A DNA stretch of 19,083 nucleotides, from positions 1 through 19,083 of the forward strand of contig CBFFRP010000223.1 of the NCBI GenBank assembly GCA_965644295.1. Direction: 5' to 3'. The translations under genes were made by a program, and so were the position numbers. Source of the DNA: Paraphysomonas bandaiensis (lineage: Eukaryota; Protista; Chrysophyceae). This document shows, piece after piece, positions 10,142 to 19,083 of this stretch. The notes beneath the pieces are model-generated. The model saw only the letters and a program-made list of their open reading frames with translations, searched no databases and was not told where the DNA came from. How positions within the stretch are numbered: the stretch's first letter is position 1; the number at the start of each line of letters is the position of its first letter.

Positions 10142-10647
10142 GCTACAGAGGGATTAGATGGTGAGTTGGAGAGGGTTTGATTGAGTATGTGAGGTGGGTT
10201 GGTTATGTTGTGTGACTTAACTGTTCTTATGTATGTATGTATATGTATGTATGGTGCATATGTATGTACATGGACACGTACATCTAGACTTGACATGACC
10301 ATATATGGGTGTACTGCTGTACTTGGATGGCTTCTATAGCAGTACATGTATAGGATGAACAATAAGGTATGGGATGTACTATACGACAACTCCATCTGTA
10401 CACACCCACATCAATATGTACCTATGTATTACTCGTCCAGCTGTACAACAACTATAGTATCTCTATATTCTATGTACTGTATATACAGTGCAGCAGTACA
10501 TACTATCACATCAATCCCTTAAATTCGAATACCTGAACTCTCATATCAATCCATAGCTCTGGACTATACCATAGTGTGATAGAATAGACCATTGAGTGAT
10601 ATAATCATAACAAAATGGGTACTCTCTGAATTATTAATCAAGTTTCA
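10142..10647. promoter_or_regulatory. Short (~506 bp) divergent intergenic region between ABCD4-like and KATNIP, probable bidirectional promoter
   Basis: The two start codons (10141 minus, 10648 plus) face away from each other across AT-rich non-coding DNA. Confidence 0.5.
10228..10270. repeat. Imperfect (TATG)n microsatellite
   Basis: tatgtatgtatgtatatgtatgtatggtgcatatgtatgtaca is visible directly in the sequence. Confidence 0.75.
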
Positions 10648-13600
10648 ATGGATCATGTGTCCCCTAAAGTAATATATATATATATACAGGATGATATGGA
10701 TGAGTGTGTATATACAGGGGGGAAAATCACATCTTGTCAAGAATGAAGAATATATTCAACAATTAGAAGAAAAGAATCGTTTAAAAAAAAAGATGTCTGC
10801 TAAATCATTACGAGAGAAACAAGCGGAAGAGAGAGAAAGAGGGTTTACTACACATTTCGCGGGTGCTAATAGCACTGGTAAACCTGTTAGTGTTAAACCA
10901 GTGGTTAAAGGAATGACTTTTCAGCATCTTGCATCGAAAGGTGGATCGGAGGGAAGGTAGAGGATCTTGTAGTGGGTCATTGCGTTATGTAATGGGAATT
11001 TGTAGTAGTAAGAGGAGAGGATGGGCAGCTGACGCCCCAAAGTTTATCGTAGGACAAGGTGGACCAGTGCCTATAAAGGTATGACATAAAGTACATGTAT
11101 TCTATCCATCCAGAGTAATTACACTTTTAGGTTGGGCGTGGAGGGCACGGGATATCTCCTCGCAATGCACACAACGTAGATCGGGTAAGCTACATACTAC
11201 ATCTGGATGTGCAGATTTTCTACTATTTCACGATGTATATCTGCTACACACGATAATATATGCCGAGAATATGTTGTAGATATTGTAATCCGCGCTATGC
11301 TACATTATTTTGCGTGCCTATATATGCAGACACAATGCCTATGATGTCACATGTCAACGTACACAGCAGGAAACACACTGGGATGAAGGTGGATATGACG
11401 ATGGCGACGAAGTTGACGAGGAGGAGGGCGTAAGTGGTGGTGATGACAACGAGGAATCTTTTATAATGGAAGACTCTCTCAGGGATCCTGATGATGAGGT
11501 CCTGTTTATTTTACATGATGTGCGCGTAGAATATATGTAATAGCAGAAAAAATGACGTTCAGTTTGTGTGTGAACTATTTTACTGTGTATTAGTGGGAAT
11601 ACGAGCCCATGTTATTAATAGATTGACGTGTATCTCATCTTATGAATACGCCAATGTACCTGATGTGAGCATATATGTACGCAGGATGATGATGGGGGTG
11701 ATTACGACGAGGACTTCGAAGAGGAGGATGATGAAGACTTCGATGAAAGTGAGGAAATTGGACTACGTGATCGGGTTCAGTCTGGAGGACGCTCCACCGG
11801 GTCATGGGGGACACGGCCAGTGAACAATACAACTCCTGTTAGCAAAGTACCGGCCACCAGTCCGATTACTACCCCACCTGCTAATGATATTCGGGTTGTC
11901 AGTAGTAAAGTGCAGGCTACCACCCCTCCAGTAGCGGTGCCGGCCCCATTGCGTAAGAGTGTTTCTATGTCTGATGTTGAGAGGGAAGGTGGAAGTAGTG
12001 CTCGAGAGTTAGAAGCATTGCGTTCGGAATACAACCACTCCACCAAGTCGCAGAAAGCTTTGATGAGAGATAGCCTTGAAGACTCTGTGCACCACCATCC
12101 ATCTTCTGTCAGTAATACAACAGAAAATACTGGAGACCCGTCAGTTGTTGCTTTGGCATCACGATTGGCTTCTCTTAGTGCCGCCCAACAAAACCAGCTG
12201 CTGGCTATGCTGAATAAACTTGAGTCTGGAAGTGGTGATACCCCGCTGACACCGACGCCCGGCAAGTCCACTGCTCCAACTAACACTGGCGATTTGCCGC
12301 CGTCCCCTGCGAAAAGCCCAAAGAAGAAGAAAAAGCGGTCTCCTAGGCGCAAAAAAGACAAGTCTAATCGGTCAACGGAGCTTAGCATGTCTACATCCGT
12401 GGGGGCTGTCGATTGCGAAACAGCGAATCGTACTGGTTTTTCTGTTCTCGAAGAAGATATGCAGAAGGAATGCGCCTCAGGAAACCCTCCTAGCGTTGTT
12501 TGTCCCTCTAGTGAGGACAAGAAAATTTCGGTGGGCGAGCCATGTGATAAACCGTCTACTGATTTGCCCAAGACTCCAGTGACGATAAAAATAAAGTTAC
12601 ATAATTGCTGGAAGAAAACGAGACATGGGGTACTCTCTGCTATGCGCCTTCTGGTGCGACAAACGGACACAGAAATAGACCTATCCTCGTTTACAGTTCA
12701 GGTTTCATCGGGTAACACGGTGCTACCAAAGTCCTCAGAAGTGGTGCACAGTATCCCATCTCTCATCACTCATAGTCGAGTGGTAAAACGCAAGGATTGG
12801 AGGTTTCCGGTTGGAGTAGGGATGAGCACTCAATTAGTATTTACTGGTAACATTTCAGGTAAGTCCAAGTATTGTGGCCACAACCTCATGTAGGTGTTTT
12901 TATTGTAAATACGGAATATGTTTATGTACATACACTTCTGCAATAGTATTCTGCCGCATTTTTATCACAACTTTAATAATGTCGGTTTGTAGTACCTGTA
13001 GATGACTTAGAACTACTCGTGTGGAATGGTATAGGCGATGCAACGAGCTCTCCTGTTCAAGACACGGATGTGTACGTAGATGGCTCCTTGGTGTGGTCAG
13101 GGGTTTTAGAAGAGGCGCCTAAGAGTGATGAGATGGACACGACAATTGCTTCCGATCCCCGTGGACTTAGGGGTAGAGAGCTTTCGCCGCGTCTACTTGC
13201 CTGCACTCATGGCGGTGGGCGCCCTCCCTCTAATACTATCCCTCTGTGTGCTGAACTTGCTCAATCTAAGAAGAAAACAGTGAGGACTACAGTACCACCT
13301 TTAGGTGGAATTCGTGAGTCGCGACCTGAATCGATGACTGAACAACAAAATACAACTAAAACCGATGTATCACTCAACTTCTCGGGGCTATCTTCGGCGT
13401 CATCTGTCGGTATGTCCACAACCGACTTCCTCAATATGGAGGGCACGACGGGGAAGGAAAGAGCTAAGGAGTCAATAGGAAAATCTAGTACGAAAGGCGA
13501 CCCTGACTGGTTGTCTGATCTCAAAACACCAAGAGATGGCATCGCATCTGAAAAGGAAGGTGCAGATGGTCGAAGTGTTGGAAGTGTAAGACACGTCGAC

Positions 13601-16600
13601 ATTTTTGCTGAGGACGGAATGGTTCCTTTAGGTGCGAGAGGGTCCCGGCCAGGTAGTCGTAGGAGAGGTAATGATAGTGGTGCGTCGAATGAAGTGAAGA
13701 GAACACCGAATGATGGTTTCGGATCTGACTATACTCCCCCAGACGCAGAGAGAGGAACCAACACAGAAGACAACAGTTCGAGTACCAAAAAAGCGTCAAG
13801 AGGATCTAGAAGACGGGGAGGGGGTGAAAGTGTATCGGCATCACCACCTTGTGAGTCCTTAGATGCTAAGAGAACCCAACGTCAAGATATTCATCAATCA
13901 GGAGGTAGACGTAAGAGTCGTAGAGAGACCCAGAAAGAAGAGGAGGAGTCACTCAGACAAAGTTTGGAGGCCCTGAGGAACTCCGACAGGCGCAATAGAG
14001 GGAGACTGGAGCAGGAGCTGCATACAGTTGGCGGTGGAAAGGATCACAGTAATAGTGGTACTGGTGGTATGCCACAGATTTCTGAAACAGGCGATGACGA
14101 TGGGGAGGGAGGAAGTAATGCCACTCCAGTTTCTCTGGAGTCTACCACCGCTGTAAACATTAGCAATATGCGTATGAGGGCGTTAGAGCAAGTTTCTGGT
14201 GGTGCTCTTGATAAGGAGTTGGGGAAAATGGAGGGGAATCAGAAGTCTATGCTCCGGCAACGGTCGCAACGAATTGATCAGGTACAGGAAACAGTTTCGA
14301 GTGCGCTGGCGAGTCTCGCTGGTGTTATGGCAACCTTGCCAGGGGCTCCCAAAGGAGAACCAGAACACGCTAAACTGCAACTGTCATCCTCGAGGCCCAA
14401 CTTAGATTCTGAGTCAGTGTCCATGGCCCCGCAAACCTCTAATTTGGACGTAGCGAACCCACCTGATGATCCAATGGCTAATATAAACATTGACGACTTG
14501 TTGGCGGATAGCTTTATGGAAAGCAGTGTATGTGAAATTCCAGTGATGCCTAAAGGCCGAGTATTTGAAATAGAAATACTCTCTACATGGGGTGACCCTT
14601 ACTATGTCGGCTTAAATGGAATTGACATATTCGATCATGAGGGTAATATACTTCTATTGGATGAGGATATTGTGTCGATAATGGCTAATCCCAGCGATAT
14701 TAATGTCCTTCCCGAGTATAACGATGACCCTAGAAAGGTGGAAAATATTTTGGATGGAAATAATTTTACTAGAGATGACTTGCACGTGTGGCTTGCTCCT
14801 CATGGAACAACTATGACCCCTAAGCTGACATATGCGGCTACGATTACTATTACATTCAGCAAATTTACCACACTTTCGCTAGTTCGCGTGTGGAATTACA
14901 ACAAGTCGCGTACACACTGCTATCGCGGCGTTCGTCGGTGCCGAATGAAACTGGACAGTCGGGTTATATTCGAGGGGGAGATCAGAGCGGCGCCTGGGGT
15001 AATTACGAATTCTGAGGACTGCTCTGAAGTGATATTGTTCAGTACCGACACAACTGCACTGGGTAAAATTGCCTCGTATGATGCATCCGTGGGATATTAC
15101 GTCGCGGGTGGATCGGAAGAGGAGTCCAGCCGGAAATGGCTTGAAACATTAAAGGAAAGGAAAGCTGATACCCGACCCAGAACCGCAGACAAAGGATCTG
15201 GCAGTAAGGCAGGAAATGCAGAAGTTCTTACCAGACGCAAACATGCTCCATCCAAGCCCAGTGCCCCTTTTGAAGCGGTAGTGGATCCCTCTAAGGGACG
15301 ACCCGTAACGGCCGCAGTCAGATCTGACAGTATAAGTAGTGTGTCGCCACCAGTACCATCCGTAGCGTCCCACATTGGTACGACTTTGAAATCAGAGAAG
15401 CAGTTAGAATCTGAGTCGATAATTCACGCTCCTGAGTCTAGTGTGGATGACGGCTCTCTAGTTGAGTGTCGCGTCTTAACTTTTGTTATCGAGCGCACAT
15501 GGGGAGATAAGTGCTACGTGGGTCTGGCCGGATTGGAAGTTTTGATTGGTAGTTCATGTATCGTAGCCGATATTGATCCTAAGCTCATTGATGCCAGCCC
15601 GAGAGACTTGTCTGTGATTGGCTGTTTCGATGATCCAAGAACTCCAGATAAGCTTGTAGATGGTGTAAACGACTCTACCGACGATACACACATGTGGTTG
15701 ATACCCTACTCCAAAGGATCAACTCATGAACTCAAGATAGACATGGGATCTCGGTGCAAAGTGGCTGGATTCAATGTATGGAACTACAACAAGTCTCCTG
15801 AGGATGCACTTCGGGGGGCACGTGTAGTAGCTGTGTCTGCTGATGGGGTGCCGCTCGGACGATGTGAACTCCGCATTGCCCCCGGATGCGACGGGGTAGT
15901 ATACAGGCAGCAGATAATGTTGAAAGACATCAAAGCTAATGCTCTGGTATCCCAGCACCGTGATGTCAGGTACATTACACCTTCTGTGAGGCAAGACTAC
16001 GAAGTACCAATGTTGCCATCTGGGTCCCTTTGGAGATTCAATTTGTACTGTAACTGGGGGGACGGGTACTACATAGGCCTGGATGGCTTAGAATTTCTCG
16101 ATGAGCATGGCACCCCTATCCCATTGGAGTCACCTGTTTGTCGCGTCACTGCATGTCCGCATTCCCTCTTAGATATTGGTATGGATGACTCTAGAGTTCC
16201 TTCAAATCTAGCGCGGAGCCCTATGCACGACTCCACCGGAGGAATGGCCTGGTTAGCTCCATTATCTCAATGTATGACTGAGGAAGAGAGAGTGAATTGT
16301 CTTAAGCGAGTGTCGGCGACTCAACGAACACAAGTGAAGCCAACAAAATCCCACCATGACGTATATGAAGAACATGAGCCCTTGTTTTATGACGACAATA
16401 CCCTCTTTGTCATGTTTGACAGACCGGTGACGGTGTCTGTGATACGGTAAGTGATATAACTACACCGATGCTGTTTGTATGCACTCCTATTCTCTTTTTG
16501 CATTGTTGTTGATTGGTGATGAGTGGATTGTAACTTTGAAAGTGTAGGTTTTATAACTACAGCAAGTCTCCGAAGCGAGGGGTAAGAGAAGTAGGTATAG

Positions 16601-17264
16601 ATGTAGATGGAAGCGTTGTTTTCATGGGCACTCTTCGGTCGTCCGACAGGTACATAGATTGTTCTAACGTGTTCATTTTGGCGTGTGTTTTGTGCGTCTG
16701 GTTCTTTGTTTTACATGCTGTGGCTTACATCTAACTTGTACCTAAATGTTGTGTAGTGCCGGATTCAATCCCAGCGATGGGCAGTCTGTGGTTTTCACTA
16801 ACGACCCCAAACTGACACGTCCGGAGAAGAGTAAGGTAATGCCCACCAAGTCTAATTGATACATATACAACGTATATGCAGTTATGTACCGATGTGCAAT
16901 GCTGTTATGGTTTTATCTTCTTCATAGTTTATTTATTGTGGTCAGAGTTGGTCTACATTCATTTGTGACATGATTGTACAGAGTATATACTGTGTTTGTG
17001 ATGGTGTATGAGTGGTAGCTTATATAGAAACGTGGGCTAATCTGATGGTGGGTTCAGGTGTGCTACTGTGGCTCAGGAGAACAGGACGTCTTGTGCATCA
17101 ACGAAAGACAGGTTATTGTACGATCAAAAGCTATGTACGAACAACCGAACGTTTCCACCGAAGGTATATACTCAGACCTCAGCAACAGGTTAGCCATCCT
17201 ATATCACACCGCTGTGTTTCGCTAATGTATGCATCACAGGCCAACGACATCTCATGTAACATAG
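10648..17264 (+). CDS. KATNIP: Katanin-interacting protein (KIAA0556/KATNIP), DUF4457 repeats, ~1827 aa; ciliary/basal-body protein
   Basis: Predicted exons: 10648-10668, 10718-10956, 11006-11078, 11131-11184, 11367-11498, 11685-12858, 12993-16446, 16548-16649, 16757-16835, 17058-17188, 17240-17264, GT..AG and in phase (5484 nt). N-terminal EEYIQQLEEKNRL..ERGFTTHFAGAN and RRGW motifs. Three repeats of WGDxxYvGLxGxE..DxRxPxxL..W..(W/Y)NYxKS..RG at ~14570, ~15480 and ~16030. C-terminal EQDV and RPTTS. Exon 1 and alternative acceptors (11367/11370, 12993/13002) are uncertain. Confidence 0.92.
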
Positions 17265-17520
17265 TAACACTACGGTAGCTAACAGTGCGTTACGTTTATC
17301 AATTGTAGTAGTACAGTTGACAAGATATTGCCATTTTGTTAATACCACCCCTTATCGTAATAAGTATTGTGAAACAGCAATTACGAATAATGTAGAAATC
17401 CCAGGCGGTATGGATCAAGTCGTTTGTCAGTATTTGATAACTACTTTATTGCGTACTACTTTGTTGGTATACCCCTAAAGGGTATGTTATTTTAAACGAG
17501 GACCGGAATAGTTATGTTCA

Positions 17521-17933
17521 GATAGTAGTGAATGTCTGACTATTAGCATTAGGCTTGTAAGAGCTGGAACTCATGTAGCAACAGATTTAATTTACTAGTG
17601 CTTAACTCTGATATCCTAAAATTTGGCACTACGAAAGGTGCTAGTGCTTCACCACAAGCACTAAGGTGCAACCACTTTTTCCCTCTATCCTCAAGGTGAA
17701 CTATCTCTGATGCTTGACTTCAGTAGGTAGCCCAAAACCCCCGAATGCCCTTGTGGTGGGCCCATTCCCGGATGCCTGTTCATTCGTCAAGCCCAAAGAC
17801 GTCTACACAAGTGACACTTTTTAGTGTCCCTTGTACCACACAAGCTAAAGAGGCTATGAGTGGCAGAACAATACCTTCTGACAATATATGCGGCACATGT
17901 TAGTTTCCCGGAGAAATATCTCCGGTACTTATT
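17521..17933 (-). mobile_element. Non-autonomous repeat element, copy B (5'-truncated; same body as copy A)
   Basis: The reverse complement aligns to copy A from ~118 onward, with several internal deletions. Its distal end (17523-17554) is shared with the 7088-7160 insert. Confidence 0.8.
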
Positions 17934-17994
17934 ATTTAGAATGCTAGACAGACTACTTAGACCTCTACCCATAACTAATCAGCACAAATTCTAT

Positions 17995-18820
17995 TATCCT
18001 ACTATTTAGCGCTACAGAAGCTGCTTGTGCGTCGCCGCAAGCACCAAGGTGCGACCACTTCCGTTCTTAATGTTGTTTGTGAGTTTCGCCCTGCTCGTGT
18101 GTCTTAGGACTCACTGTCGCGTGTTGTCCGGGGGTCTCCCCTTGGGATAAGGTTCCGCCAGGCTCTGAGGTACAGGGTTCTGCATTAAGGTCCTGAGTGT
18201 ACCGAGCACTAGATGTGTGTGCTGAGAGGTTGATGGTGTGGTGGAATGTGGCGTTGTCGCCGTGCAATGACTGGGCGTCAGGCATAGGTGGAGTTGCCGG
18301 AGACGGCGTCGCCGCTGTCTAGGGCCTGATGGTTTCATGCGGTCCGGTGCTATGGTCCTATGTGTATGAGTGGTGGGGTTCATATGTGCGGTGTGCGGTG
18401 TTCCAGTCTCGGTTCGTTTGTGGATTCCTAGTAATCTTAGCACCCTTGGGCGTTTCCATTTCTGTCTATGTTTTGGACGCGGTCGCGGTAGTAGCCTAGG
18501 GGGTCCTTTCTGTAGGGTAACGTATCGTCTACTTCGATTTTGGATCATTAGCTTTGCTGCGTCGAAAAGCGGTAGAAGCAATCTGATGACCGCTGATTCG
18601 ATGCTGCGCAGTGACTCATGGATGTGATCTCCAAAAACCGTCTCGAGTTGTGCAGTTGTGATGGTACCCGTCCAGAATCTCTCCACCTGTGGAACGGAAG
18701 GATTCCAGGCCCTGCTGGAGAGCCGCTGTAGTACAGTGGTGATCCATTGGGGTAGTATCTCCGGTACTTATCCCCCAAAACACCACGAATAGGTGCGAGT
18801 CCGATTTTGTTGAGGGACAA
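17995..18820 (-). mobile_element. Repeat element, copy C: shared head and tail enclosing a different ~700-nt body with a truncated, possibly LINE-like ORF
   Basis: Head 18756-18820 matches copy A 71-135, and tail 17995-18060 matches copy A 458-530. The interior is unrelated to A/B and is open in one frame from the head junction to 18111 (..PQWITTVLQRLSSRAWNPSVPQVERFWTGTITTAQLETVF..LLPLFDAAKLMIQNR..). LINE assignment is by resemblance only. Confidence 0.65.
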
Positions 18821-19083
18821 AAGGGGGGAGAATTAATAACTGTGTGAGTTCCAGTATTGATATTTAATCATCGAAATGTGTTAAATGTTGAAAGTAGATA
18901 TTAAATCAATGTTTAGGTTTAGCCTAGTTCCTAGTACTACTAACTACTAAACGCCTTGGTACATTGGTGTTATTTGAAATCTTTCTTGTGAGGTCCTTCC
19001 ATTTTCCACTGAAAAAAAAACAAGGGGGAGGGACAAGGGCGGGCCTCTTTTCTACCCCCAACCCCTGCAAGGGGCTTCTTCTC

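Noticed and set aside
10105-10395. 96-aa minus ORF upstream of ABCD4
   Set aside because: It is in a different frame and runs through the TATG microsatellite (HIHTYI-type low complexity).
11777-12670. 297-aa antisense ORF, plus other short antisense/overlapping ORFs inside the three genes
   Set aside because: These are shadow frames of real coding exons with no recognisable motifs.
17787-17972. Short ORFs sharing KYRRY across repeat copies (also 18548-18820)
   Set aside because: Copy A has an early stop in this frame and the differences between heads are mostly non-synonymous, so conservation looks nucleotide-level.
1-19083. CRISPR array, rRNA, tRNA or prokaryotic operon
   Set aside because: No regularly spaced repeats or RNA-gene signatures were seen, and all three genes are spliceosomal-intron genes.

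Overview
Eukaryotic genomic DNA with short GT-AG introns (about 48-220 nt), probably from a flagellated protist (inferred from KATNIP; lineage not determinable here). I reconstructed three multi-exon genes by hand from splice sites and frame continuity. (1) +1597..6427, about 1447 aa: RRM-like repeats, an intact MARF1/limkain-type NYN ribonuclease domain, several KH-like repeats, and a degenerate macrodomain apparently inserted inside the last KH fold. This resembles the PARP14/PARP9 scaffold but with an RNase and no ADP-ribosyltransferase domain, and it is the most novel-looking item. (2) -10141..7542, about 708 aa: ABCD4-like ABC half-transporter. (3) +10648..17264, about 1827 aa: KATNIP/KIAA0556 (DUF4457) ciliary protein, head-to-head with ABCD4. 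Both window ends and the convergent intergenic region carry members of one non-autonomous, retroposon-like repeat family. Its members share a ~62-nt head and a hairpin-bearing tail. One copy holds a possible LINE-like ORF fragment, and one 73-nt insert has a perfect 12-bp target-site duplication. Domain calls come from motif recognition by eye, not database searches.
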